Shown: positions 50,436 through 64,000 of the stretch, in pieces
How positions within the stretch are numbered: the first letter of the stretch is position 1
Layout of the letters: the number at the start of each line of letters is the position of its first letter
From: Octopus sinensis
Lineage: Eukaryota
Assembly: GCF_006345805.1 (NCBI RefSeq)
Contig: NC_043008.1
Location: 45,570,001 to 45,634,000, forward strand
Direction: 5' to 3'
DNA: 64,000 bases
The notes under the pieces: generated by a model
Seen by the model: the letters and a program-made list of their open reading frames with translations, nothing else
What the model was told of the DNA's origin: nothing
Database searches by the model: none
Position numbers and translations under genes: made by a program

Positions 50436-50635
50436 AATCCAAACATGAAAACACAAAGAGAAAACACAACAACGCGAGGACGTGGAACATATATAGTATT
50501 ATTGGACGCTCAGGAAGGAAGGGAAAAAGGAGAGTTTTACGTTTCGAGAGGAGCTCTTCGTCAGAAACATAGGAAAGGGAAAGAACCAGAGAAGGGAAGG
50601 AGGAAAAAAATCGCCAACGGTACACACGCGGTCAC
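50436..50635 (-). mobile_element. ~200-bp non-coding repeat-like segment carrying a minimal hammerhead
   Basis: Purine-rich plus strand between (CT)/(TA) tracts; contains the motif at 50534-50568. Confidence 0.5.
50534..50568 (-). ncRNA. Minimal type I hammerhead candidate with palindromic stem III
   Basis: GUUU-CUGACGA-A-GAG-CUCCU-CUC-GAA-ACGU-A-AAAC: 4-bp stem I, 3-bp stem II, ACGU palindrome, GUA triplet. Confidence 0.6.
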
Positions 50636-50688
50636 ATATATATACATATACATATATACATATATATACACATATATATACATGTAGA

Positions 50689-50737
<49 letters not shown>

Positions 50738-50971
50738 TATATATCTACATATACATATATAAACATATATACATACATATATATATACATATATATATAC
50801 ATACATATATATATATACATACATATATATACATATATACATACATACATATATACATACATATATACATATATACATACATACATATACATATATATAT
50901 ACATACATATATACATATATATATACATATATATATATACATACATATATACATATATATATACATATATA

Positions 50972-51005
<34 letters not shown>

Positions 51006-51111
51006 AACACATATATATATATACATATATACATATATATATATATATACACATATATATATATATACATATATACATATACATATATATATATACATAA
51101 ACATATATACA

Positions 51112-51152
<41 letters not shown>

Positions 51153-51502
51153 ACATATATATATATACACATATATATATATACATACATATATATATAC
51201 ATACATATATATATATATACATACATGTATATACATACATATACATATATATATATACATACATATATATATATATATATACATACATGTATATATACGT
51301 ACATACATATATATATATATATATACGTACATATGCATATACATATACACATACTTATACATATACATACATAAACATATATATACATATATACACACAT
51401 ATATATATATACATATACATATATATATGCATATACATATATACACATTTGTATATACATATATATATACATACATACACATATATATTTATGCATATGT
51501 TG

Positions 51503-51543
<41 letters not shown>
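50636..51543. repeat. (TA)n/(TACA)n microsatellite
   Basis: Directly visible. Confidence 0.98.
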
Positions 51544-53695
51544 GTCCAGAGCACAAGGCCAAAACAAATAGGAGCAAGATTCCAAGAGACAGGAAGATCC
51601 TCATGAGACGACGGACGAAGGTTGCAAATCGTCTCAACCAGCATCCCAAAAGTAACGAAACGTCCCGCCTAAAAACAACACTGATGGAGATCGAAAAAAG
51701 GCTGCAACAATCCTATGTGAAGGAGAAAGTAGACAAAGAAGCCTGGGTTATAAAAAACATTAAATCAAACCCAAAGGCCTTCTTTCATTACACGAAAGAA
51801 ACAATCTCAGTACACTACAAGATAGGACCCCTCCTCCAAAAGGATGGCTCCCTCACAGACAGTCCAACTATGATCAGTGAGATGCTGAATGACCAGTTCA
51901 AAAGTGTCTTCACCACCCCGTTGCAACACAGACAAGTGAACGAACCAGTGGACTTCTTTGCCGCCTCACCTATAACCAGCGAGGCGGTTACAATAGAATG
52001 TATTGACATTAGCGAAAAAGATGTTCTACTAGCCATAGATGAAGTGGACACAAACTCAGCTGCTGGTCCAGACGGTTTCCCAGCCATCCTCTTCAAAGCG
52101 TGTAAGCATGCCCTGGCAAAACCCCTCAAGATTCTCTTCCAGAGCTTTCTTGCGAATGGCAAACTGCCAAGCAAGCTGAAGGAGGGAATAATATTCCCAA
52201 TACATAAAGGGGGAAGTAGAGCAGATGCCAAAAATTATAGGCCTATCTCTCTGACTTCACACATCAGCAAAGTCATGGAACGGATAGTCAGAAAGAAACT
52301 AATCGCATTCCTTGAGGAAAATAACTTGCTGAGTGATACCCAGCATGGTTTTCGACCAGGTAGGAGCTGCCTGACCCAGCTCTTACAGAATTATGACTGG
52401 GTGTTGAGTAAGTTACTCAACAAATCAAATGTGGACGTAATCTACCTTGATTTTGCAAAAGCTTTTTTCAAGGTGGATCATGGTATGATATGCCACAAAC
52501 TACGTGACCTCGGCATAGCTGGAAAACTTGGAGCGTGGTTGCATGACTTCCTGAAAGATAGTAGTCAGGTAGTAGTGGTTAAAGGAGCCAACTCTATGAA
52601 CACACAAATAGTGAGCGGTGTTCTACAGGGCACTGTCTTGGTACCACTGCTTTTTATAGTGGCCCTCTCAGATATGCCCTCAAATTCCCGGATAGCCACT
52701 CTGGCAAGCTATGCAGACGATACGAAAGTCTCGCAGAAAATACAGAACCCCAGCGATGTTGCACACCTGCAGCAGGAGTTGGACTCAATCTACAGATGGG
52801 GTGAGGAAAACAATATGCAGTGTAATGCTGTAAAATTCCAGGCCCTGCGCTACCAGCATCCAAAACTGAATATTAAACTTACAGGATACACTGGTCCACA
52901 GGGAATTTCAAACCCAGAGCCTAAGTCTGTGAGGGACCTGGGTATCGACATGATTGATGGTACCTCTTTCCAAGTGCACATTACCAGGATAGCGACAAAG
53001 TGCAGACGACTGGTTGGGTGGATGCTAAGAACATTCAGAACCAGAGATAAGGAAACCATGATGGTCCACTGGCGGACATTCGTCCTCAATCGCCTGGATT
53101 ACAGCTCATAGCTATGGTCACCCACCAGTGTAAAATTAACAGCGGACCTTGAAGCAATCCAGAGGAAATTCACAAAGAAGATCATCTTTTTGCAACAGCT
53201 CAACTACTGGGAAAGGTTGAAACCGCTAAGACTCTACTCCCTGGAGAGAAGACGGGAGAGGTATGCAGTAATATATGTCTGGAAGATCCTGGAAGGAATT
53301 GTGCCAAATTTTGGCAGTGTAAGCTACACCAATGCTAGAACGGGACGACACTACATAGTGCCAAAGATCCCAGCAATGCCATCACGCTTCAGGACCAGCT
53401 TCTGCAACAGCCTGGGTTTCAAGGGCCCACAGCTTTTTAATATTCTCCCAAAGAGTCTGAGGAACTTGCACAAAGTAGATGTAGCGGTTTTTAAATCAAA
53501 GCTGGACATCTTCCTGTCAAGAGTCCCAGATGAACCTACCTCACGGCAAGAGGTGCAAATGAGAGTAGCTATATCAAACTCCTTTCTTCACCAAGTGCCA
53601 CATATTAGACGAGGTTCGTCGTAATAACAGTGTAGCACAAATCGGCGGTGCATCAGCATGGCCGCAGCACTGAGCTGAAACTAGAAAGAAAAAAA
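51544..53695 (+). mobile_element. CR1-clade LINE, lineage B (diverged subfamily), 5'-truncated; one in-frame stop near 53111
   Basis: ORF 51516-53111 has [27 protein letters not shown] and SYADD, continuing in 53190-53624. Tail GGCGGTGCATCAGCATGGCCGCAG..CTGAAACTAG, then (TA)n. Confidence 0.96.
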
Positions 53696-53759
53696 TATAT
53701 ATATACATACATATATATATACATATACATACATACATATACATACGTCGTCGTTTTTT

Positions 53760-54900
53760 TGAGAGAATAAAGGTCGAGCGTCTTCAGCTTTTCTTCATAA
53801 GACAAATGCTTGAGACCAAGAACCGTGCGGGTAGCCAGCTTCTGGACTCTTTCGAAATGTTGTCTGTCTTCGAGGAGATAAGGAGAAGAGGCTTGAATCC
53901 CGTATTACAATATGGGTCTCACAAGCGTGACATAGAGCGGTAGGAATATGGCTGCTGTGAGCATTCCGAATGACCGTCGAATCTAAAACAGAACTCCGCG
54001 TGCTTTGTTGGCAGCATTGACGCATTGGGCGGAAGGCGAATAGGAAGAATCCACCAAGATACCCAGGTCCTTTACTTGGTCGGTCTTCTCCAGCAGTAGA
54101 CGCCCCGGCTCGAAATCAAGTTGAGTTGCAGGAGAAGAGTCAACAGGCATATAACAGCACTGTGACACGTTCAGACACAAATCCCATTCGTTTGACCATC
54201 TCCAAACTTGGTGGAGGCATCGAAGATCATCTATATCACTGCGAGGAGCGACCAGTTTGACATCGTCGGCAAATAGAAGGGTGTGTTGCGTGAGGTTGTG
54301 GGGTAAGTCATTGATGAAGACTAAAAACAATAACGGCCCAAGCACTGAACCTTGAGGCACGCCACAGCTCGCTCTGGAGACGTCGGACAGCGAACCATTA
54401 ACTTGGACTTGGAAGGAGCGATCTGAGAGGAAGGCACCAACTCATCGTACAATATCCGGATGGAAACGATATGCTTGAAAATTGATAAGTAATAGACGGT
54501 GATTAACCGAGTCAAAAGCTTTGGCAAAATTCAATAAAACGATGTCAACAGCATCACCATCATCCAGGATACGTGTCTCCAATCCTTCCATTACTAGTAA
54601 GTTGGTAAAGCATGATCTCCTCGACACGAAGCCGTGTTGGGAATCAGAGATAGTGGATATGTTTTGGAGATGGACCAACATACTTTTTTTGAGGATGGTT
54701 TCGAACATCTTGCTGATTATTGAAGTAAGGGAAACCGGTCGGTAGTTAAGCGGGTCATCGCGGCTCCCTTTCTTGAAAATCGGGCAGATTATCGCTGTTC
54801 TCCAGTCCGCAGGTACAACACTCGTCGCCAATGACATATTGAATAGAAGTGTTAAAGGTTCGCAGATGACCAGAGCCAACGCTTTGATAATCTGTGGATG
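53760..54900 (-). mobile_element. CR1-clade LINE, third lineage (C), RT fragment, degraded
   Basis: YRPVSLTS, SQHGF, NFAKAFDSV, PQGSVLGPLLFLVFINDLP, FADDVKL, AIFLPLYVTLVRP and LSYEEKLKTLDLYSL. Confidence 0.93.
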
Positions 54901-54973
54901 TATATATATGTAAATATAAACAGATATACATATATATACATATATATACATATATACATATACATATATATAT

Positions 54974-55538
54974 AAAGGGTAAAGACCCTCTTCGGTCATG
55001 AATGACCATGGGATTGCACCTAGAAAGTTACCCTCCTAGACACAAGTCCGGGCAAGGTTGTTTATGGAAGACCAGCAGTCGCCCATGCATACCAGCCTCC
55101 CCTCTCCACGCCACCAGTGTTATCCAAGGGAAAGACAAAGGTCGATACAGCTTGGCACCTGTGACGTCGCAACTCATTTCTACAGCTGAGTGAACTGGAG
55201 CAACGTGAAATAAAGTGCTTTGCTCAAGAACACATATATATACATATATATACATATATACATATACATATATATATAAAGGGTAAAGACCCTCTTCGGT
55301 CATGAATGACCATGGGATTGCACCTAGAAAGTTACCCTCCTAGACACAAGTCCGGGCAAGGTTGTTTATGGAAGACCAGCAGTCGCCCATGCATACCAGC
55401 CTCCCCTCTCCACGCCACCAGTGTTATCCAAGGGAAAGACAAAGGTCGATACAGCTTGGCACCTGTGACGTCGCAACTCATTTCTACAGCTGAGTGAACT
55501 GGAGCAACGTGAAATAAAGTGCTTTGCTCAAGAACACA
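54974..55538 (-). mobile_element. Two tandem, apparently identical headless CORE-type SINE bodies (period 304 bp)
   Basis: Minus strand TGTGTTCTTGAGCAAAGCACTTTATTTCACGTTGCTCCAGTTCACTCAGCTGTAGAAATGAG resembles the MIR/CORE domain. Identical ORFs start at 55002 and 55306. Confidence 0.75.
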
Positions 55539-55605
55539 TATATATACATATATATACATATATATACATATACATATATACATATATACATATATACATA
55601 TATAT

Positions 55606-55666
<61 letters not shown>

Positions 55667-55729
55667 TATACATATACATATATACATATATACATATATA
55701 CATATATATACACACACACATATATATAT

Positions 55730-55766
<37 letters not shown>

Positions 55767-55769
55767 TAT

Positions 55770-55814
<45 letters not shown>

Positions 55815-55837
55815 TATACGCACACATATATATACAT

Positions 55838-56165
55838 AGGTGCAGGTGTGGATGTGTGGTAACAAACTTTGTTCCAAAACACATGTTCCTGGATTCAGTC
55901 CTACGATATGGTGACTTGGCATTTGTCTTCTGCTAAAGCCTCAGGACAAACAAAACCCTGTCAGTGGATTTTGTAGACAGAAACTGAAAGAAATCAATTG
56001 TATATATATATATATATATGTATGTATATATTTAAGTGTCTGCGTGTGTCTTTGTCTCTGTGTTTCTCACTCATCACTGCTTCACAACTGCTGTTCGCTT
56101 ATTTACATCCACATAACTTAGTGGTTTGACAAGAAGAAACTGATATCATAAGTAGCAACCTTAAA
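55838..56165 (+). mobile_element. S2 SINE, diverged
   Basis: Head GGTGCAGGTGTGGATGTGTGGTAACAAAC..GGATTCAGTCC, colinear with the reverse complement of 39604-40088. Confidence 0.7.
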
Positions 56166-56379
56166 TTATCAAAAAATTACGTAAAAAATTGTGGTGGGAC
56201 ACTTGTAATACTTCATTTGTTATCATTTGCTGCTATGACATACACATGTTTCAGCCACCTTTATTATTTTACAATTTTTACTCTACCACTTTTCTGAATC
56301 AAGCTTTGATTCTTATGGTAAAATACTGATAGGTTGGATTTTACTTAACAATTAAACCAATATAGTGACCAGCGAAAAC

Positions 56380-56580
56380 ACCTAAAGCTCCACGAGACTC
56401 CGGCAGGGGGTGGTGGCGATCCCTGCTGTACTCTTTCGCCACAACTTTCTCTCACTCTTTCTTCTGTTGCTTAGCCAGCGGGGTGGTGTCACTTGAAGGC
56501 TAAAACAATGCAAAGCGCATGGTGACCAGCGATGTGTAGCAACATCTGATAGCCTGGTCGGTCACGGTGATCACAGTGAT
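56380..56580. mobile_element. Probable SINE/LINE 3' fragment (unclassified)
   Basis: GC-richer island ending CTGGTCGGTCACGGTGATCACAGTGAT before (TA)n; family not firmly identified. Confidence 0.35.
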
Positions 56581-56661
56581 ATATATATACAAGAAGAAAA
56601 TGAAATTCTAATTATTCATATGTTCAGTTTTAAAAAAAAAACAACAGAATGCGTATATATA

Positions 56662-56735
<74 letters not shown>

Positions 56736-56800
56736 CTGTGTGTGCGTGTGTGTGTATGTATATTAGTATATACATAAATGAGCCCTCTGAACTTTTTAGG

Positions 56801-56916
56801 CTTTCTGATGAAGCCTGCAGGTACACCCAAGTACCCCAATGTTATCTACCGATCACTACAGTACGCTGAAAAGATGGAGATAACATGTGGGGTGGTGTGA
56901 AACAACTGTAAGAAAC
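56801..56916 (+). ncRNA. Hammerhead-like motif with long stem II
   Basis: CTGATGA (56805) ... hairpin ACCCCAATGTTATCT / AGATAACATGTGGGGT ... GAAAC-AACT-GTA (56899-56910). Stem I is only ~3 bp. Confidence 0.45.
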
Positions 56917-57254
56917 TGTTCTTCTTTCTATATTCTAGAAATTACTGCTACTTTATATATGTAAAACACAATCTTTACACACACATATATATTCTCATAA
57001 TTGTTTAAAATAAATAGACGCTATAATGTCTAACAGTTGATGCATACCACCTCTGCATCTCCTCCATTTTTTTCTCACGTATGAATTAAGGGTAAAACAA
57101 CTTTTTACTCCCGCCCAATTATTACGCTCAGTAACCTCGCAATAAGCAACAATTGTGCATTAATAATTGGGTATTCTACCAGCAGTATATTAGATAGATA
57201 CTATCCCTTTGTTGATTGGATTCACAACCTCTAACTCCCCTTGAATAAATAAAT

Positions 57255-58243
<989 letters not shown>

Positions 58244-58249
58244 GCATCA

Positions 58250-58645
58250 GCATTGCCAAATGATGTTGGCATCACCTTTAAGGTACATCCAAGGCTTGGG
58301 CCCCGTGCCATCCGCCCAAAACAAAAATCGCACTCCCATCTCATAACAACAATACGGCACAATTATTTCACCTCAATTGGCCCCGCTCTCTTTAACATTA
58401 CACGAAAACACATTAAAACAGAAACTGACCCTATAGGGTTCAAGAAGTCTTTGGACAGATTCCTTAAAGAAATCCCGGATAAACCCCCTACACCCGGATA
58501 TGTCTCTGTAAACAATAACTCTCTACTTGAGTGGGCCATAGTGCCCAAATTCTGACTTGAAAGACTTCACCAGGTGGTGCTATTAAGTTAGACATGGCCT
58601 GGGCCAATAATGGCCGAAACCTATCAAAGTATCAAAGTATCAAAG
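58250..58645 (+). mobile_element. CR1 lineage A 3' fragment
   Basis: [21 protein letters not shown]...[19 protein letters not shown] matches the C-terminus of the 20255 ORF. Tail (TATCAAAG)x3, then (TA)n. Confidence 0.95.
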
Positions 58646-58697
<52 letters not shown>

Positions 58698-58708
58698 CAT
58701 ATATATAC

Positions 58709-58755
<47 letters not shown>

Positions 58756-58756
58756 C

Positions 58757-58837
<81 letters not shown>

Positions 58838-58838
58838 C

Positions 58839-58885
<47 letters not shown>

Positions 58886-58961
58886 TATATGTATGTATGT
58901 AAGTATGTACATAAAGAAATTGTTGTATACAATACTCAGGCGTACTATCTATCTATCTATC

Positions 58962-58997
<36 letters not shown>

Positions 58998-59030
58998 GTG
59001 TGTGTGTGTGTGTGTCTGTGTGTGCATGAT
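58646..59030. repeat. (TA)n/(TATC)n/(TG)n microsatellites
   Basis: Directly visible. Confidence 0.97.
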
Positions 59031-59814
59031 ATGTATATATACCTTCTTTAACATACTCTTTAGAAATAAAGCATATTGGAAGTTACATTTTGTTTAATGA
59101 ATTTACGATGGATGCCAAATGTCATGAATATTGAAGGAATATAATTTAAACCATGTGAGAATGATGTGGAAGAAATAAGTGCAATAGATTCCACTGAGAT
59201 TAGTAATGAATGGGTCACCTATTTTTATAAGAACTTTCTGCAGTACAAGACACAAGAAAACGAATGAAGAAGAGTGAAGAATGAACAAGTCATGAAATAG
59301 TTTTAGCAAGAACCAGCGTAATCTGTGTAAAATAGGTTTCCTAGGCAATCTGCGTCTTGCTGCATTAATGCAATTTAAGGTCACTTTCCGGGATTTGTAG
59401 ATTCAAAGAAATATTTTAATGATGTTAATTATCCAAAAGTAACAATTTTATGAAAAAATGTATTCTTTTTGTAACCAAATACCAAATTCTATTTATTCAT
59501 GTGTTGAGTTTAAAAAAAAACAACATTACGCCATATCTTATTACTTTTATTATTTAGGTTGTAATGCGAGAGAACGGACATGTTTCAGTGTAGTTTAACC
59601 TCATCAATAAGCTGCACTTTATACTTGAAGTTGTCATGTAATTACAGAGGTATGCAATATAAGCAGATACATACTACCTTGCGTGGAAATATAGTATGGG
59701 CAGATGTAATGTATTCATGACGAAGTGAAAATATTCTGATTAGAAATTCACTTGGTCTCAGTCCTAATCACAGACGCTATCGACATGAACAGCAATACTG
59801 AAATGACTTGGTTT

Positions 59815-60022
59815 CAGATTTTGGTATAAGGCCGGCAAAGGGCGAGGGAGGCGGTAAATCTATTCCATTGACCCGTGCAAAACTGGTCCTTATTTTATGG
59901 ATCTTGAATGGATTAATGGCAAAATCGACTTTGGCGGAATTTCAACTCAGCACGTACAGACGGATGAAACCCCGCTAAGCAGTTTGCCTGGCGTGCTAAT
60001 GAATCTGCCGGCTTGCCGTCCC
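59815..60022 (-). mobile_element. S1 SINE, diverged
   Basis: Reverse complement GGACGGCAAGCCGGCAGATTCATTAGCACGCCAGGC..GAGTTGAAATTCCGCC. Confidence 0.75.
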
Positions 60023-61617
60023 GATACTGAAGTCAATATTAACATATACGACGTAGCGGGCATGAAATATTTCAGTAAATTTGAAAATTATGTTACCTTA
60101 ATAGCAGCAAACTCTACGAATCTTTAAACAAATATATAGGAAATAATTCACAAATATTTATCCTTAAAAATCTTGTCTGTTGCGCAGTTTTATGACTAAA
60201 GTTTTACTATTGTGTTTGTATGAAAGGTTGAGTCAGCTCTTGCACATGGCTTTGAGAAGTCATACATTCAGGCTGCCGAAAATGTCAGTTTATAACATGT
60301 AGAAACACTGCAGTAATTTGTTCCAGTTATTTATGAATTCAAGCAACTCTCGTTACTTACTGCTCGTTTAATATAAATCATTCCACATGATATATTATGG
60401 ATCGATAATACATAAAGATACAAATATGAAATGAACAGATAAATGAAAAATATCAAGATTAATAATGTGAATATGATGGCTTCTACCAAAAATACACAAA
60501 CATATTTTAATCGAGAAACGATATATTTAACACAAGCTATTCAATTTGTTTCGTCATTTAATACTACCACCGAATTTAAAACAATTTACATACCTATTAG
60601 GCAATCAATTATTTTTTATATCAATATTAAAATTCAAATTATATTGCGACATATATTAAATGGAAAATTATAGTTCTACTGCAACAACTTTAATAAATCA
60701 TTGCTTGTGATGCTGTAGATTAGTAGTTAGCGTTTTGGAATATCTTTGTGTGATTGACTGTAGGCTATTTGTATAACAACGGTTTTATATGCCATGATCA
60801 TCACAATTTTATTCGAGATTAACACATTGAACATTTGGCATAGTTCAATTGACTCAAAAGTAATCGTGATTCAGCTCGTTGCTGGCTGTCCTAGAAAGGG
60901 GGGGGGACAAATGTGGTTATCTGCGCGGCAATATCAGAATATAATATGTAAGAGCGACTTAAATTTTAGCTCGAAACATTTCTCGTAAGACTGTGAAACG
61001 TATTTCTTGCTAGGTCTGAAGGTTAGACATAATACAAGTGAAGGAAAGAAAAGGGAGGGGCAAGTGGGGCTAGCTTTGCACAAATGAATCATGTAACAGA
61101 ATAGATAGAGGTGTTTTAAGTAGAGGTGGTATGCATCTGGTTATTTGAGATTGCGTCAGGGTATAGAAGAAACATTTATTACGAACAGCACATTTTATAT
61201 TGATAAACTGGTTGATCATTAGTGTCTGTAGATAAATCATTGACAATACCTGAGGTACTTCTATCTCTAGCAGCAGCACATTTACTAATAGCTGATCCAA
61301 TGCGCAAGGCAACAAATAAGTTAGGTTAAAGCTTATACTGAACTTAAAAATCGTTCTAGTAGATGTGATGTAGTTCAGTCAGTGTTATACATGTGTGGTG
61401 ATCATGAGAAGTAATTCGATTGCATTGAGGCGTCTTTTAGCACGATAGCAAAGGCTTATAATGTATTGATCTAGTTCTGTGACGAGTACTGCTTGCTAGA
61501 CCCAATGTTTTCAGACAATGTGCGATATAACCTTTCTTTACTCTCTTATGGTCAAGAAGGATACGAAAGGAGCAACCAATAATATAGCTCTAGCACTTGA
61601 TAAAATGTATGTGTGTG

Positions 61618-61660
<43 letters not shown>

Positions 61661-63877
61661 AGATAGAGAGACAGACAGACAGACAGGGACAGAAGTGGGG
61701 GTGGAGTGAGATTGAATATAAATTCTGTCCGAATTTTTGTAGCTACTTAGAATTACTCACAAGGAAGACAATATTGCAAATTACCTGTCTGAACTCTTCA
61801 AATATACGTGAAGAAGTAAAAGTTTGATGGAGCTAGATTTAGAAAATATAGATTTATTGCTATACGAACGATGCCATAACATTTCAATAACTGGTAGCGT
61901 GAGGTTGGGCGTTATCTCTAAGAATGGCTTCGATCACTGCTGTTTATTAAGGAAGGATGATTTCCACCCAAAACCTACCTTCGGTGAAGTTACTGAAAGT
62001 AAACAACAGATTGATTCGGTCCACTAATTGATCTTCATAATTCCTTCCATATTTCGTCAAACATTCAGTAAAATTTTCTGTTAGCTGTTACCGTCGTGTA
62101 TGAGGTACAGGTTTTGATTTCTTATTGCTTTTCGCTTAGAGAGAAGTGGTAAAAAGCGGTTCGATAAGTCTTGTACTATATTCAACATAAGCAAATTTTC
62201 TGTTCAATACCACAATGTTTCGCTTTATGATTTGGAATTCAAAATTATCTGCAGCAATTTATAAAAATTTGCATGTGAATATCATGATTATATTTGCTCT
62301 AGCGAGAATATGATTTTTCAAATTTACGTCATCTTTAGAAATGTAAAATAATTTACAATATTTCAACTGCGGGATTTCTTCATCTCCAGATTTTAAGAAA
62401 GGAATTTCTTCCATAATGCATTTCATTTTATCCAGGATTGTGTATTGATGTCAGAAAGCAGAAAATACACATGTTAGACGCCATGAAAGAAAATTTCGTA
62501 GAGAACTCAGAAAGTTCTTTACAAAAACAGTTCATATTTTCTCATTGTAGCTCTATATATTATTATAAAAACCCTGCATGGACTAATGTTTCTATCTGAC
62601 TAGCACTTTATCGAAAATCTGTGTTCCGAAACAATTTTCTTCGTCACATATAAGCATTCATCAAAATCGTTAAACCTACGATAAGCTTCATCTAATCAAC
62701 GAACATGGTTAAAAATGTAGCATTCCCTAAATCCATCCCGACAAAATTCGTTTCCTGAAAATACTGATCCAAAATTATCCATTTGAACTTAATACTCCAT
62801 AGTCTTATTCGTTATCTAAATTTAGCGACGTCGAGATCAATGACTTTCAATCACCGTCATGCGATTCCCACGTATTCGGTAACGTTTTCAGGCAAATGGG
62901 AAAATTCTACAACAATATAGAAATGTTCATTGTTCTTTTAATGCAAAACATACTAATATACATATTCTTTCGTGGCAAACTGCAACGCATGTTCCACTCT
63001 CTGAGGCTCAGTGCAATGTGTGCGGCAGTTACAGATTCAAAGGTTTTAATGATATTTGTTTCTGTATACTAAAGTACATTGGTGAAACATATGTAGCATC
63101 TTTACTTAGGGAGATGGAATTAGAGAAAGGATGCACACCTCTATCTACGCAGTCTGAAACTATAATAAATTTATTCTGTCTTAATAAAATAACAAAAGAA
63201 AAAAACTCATCTATTATGTTTACAAAGTATAAGGCAGGTTTGTAGTATTATACGTGATCGATAAGCCGGTTGGTAAAAATCAAAGTTGGTTTTAAAGCAA
63301 TGAGTGCTATTGATTATTTACCACATCTCAAGGTTAATGACAAACATCGCCATACAGGACATCACAATCAATAATATGCATTACTAAATAATATACTGCA
63401 AACAACTATCATCTTCACACACATTTTTATGTATTCAAACCCATCCATAAGGCTATAAGCATGAATGTGACTAAATGTATTTCCGTGTGTCAATACGTAT
63501 TCATTACCATCCACATGCATGTGTATATACATACATACATATACATATATATATATATATATATCACGCAGGGTACACACATCACACGCAGAACATACGT
63601 TATACGCGCACACGCACACACATATATATATATAACACGCACAATACACACATTTTATAGAAATATATATATCATAGACACATATCTATAAACCTGAAAT
63701 ATATTGATATATCTGAGACAATTAGTAACTCAAAATGTTTGCACAGATTTTATAAACTCGAGAAGTAATTAAGAGTGAATGTTTCTTGTGAACATTTCAC
63801 AGCGTCGACCTACTTTCCATACACAGAACACTGCGTCAGTTTACAATATTCAGTTTCAAGTATAGAATGGCTAAAAA

Positions 63878-63950
63878 AGTTGACTTCGAAACCGTGTACA
63901 GGGTTCGATTCCCTGTGGCAGCTTGTTGGCCACTTTTCTCCCCATTTTCC
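63878..63950 (+). mobile_element. Possible tRNA-derived SINE head
   Basis: B-box-like GGTTCGATTCCC followed by a weak CORE-like segment. Confidence 0.35.
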
Positions 63951-64000
63951 AAGGGTATTTCACTCGACGTTGTAAACTGTTTTCACAGCTATTCTGCATT

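Noticed and set aside
61800-62900. Possible ancient LINE on the minus strand
   Set aside because: I could not recover diagnostic RT or APE motifs by hand; BLASTX would be needed.
63018-63245. ORF containing YIGET (GIY-YIG-like)
   Set aside because: An isolated pentapeptide without the upstream VIY motif or downstream R..EH; likely coincidence.

Overview
This is AT-rich animal DNA, most likely a cephalopod (Octopus-like), inferred from the SINE families and the extreme load of (TA)n, (TACA)n, (ATT)n and (CTA)n microsatellites. The window is almost entirely retroelement and simple-repeat sequence. It holds about 12 CR1-clade LINE pieces of at least three lineages, two RTE-clade pieces, several R4/Dong-like pieces, Penelope-like (GIY-YIG) remnants, one internally deleted mariner, and at least four tRNA-derived SINE families. 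It also holds a ~550-bp unclassified repeat and several local duplications (periods 1511, 304, 241 and 96 bp). No complete host gene is visible; one plausible 149-nt + strand coding exon (19511-19659) may belong to a REJ/polycystin-like gene. Most long ORFs in the track are translations of microsatellites. The most interesting signals are (i) five type I hammerhead ribozyme-like motifs, one with a fully canonical core and GUC site at 28691-28775, (ii) CR1 LINEs stacked into (TA)n tracts, (iii) tandem CCCH zinc fingers at the end of a CR1 ORF1, and (iv) a (CTA/TAA)n-associated R4/Dong system with a possible non-autonomous partner. All assignments come from manual translation and motif recognition. 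No searches were run and boundaries are approximate (about +/-10-30 bp).
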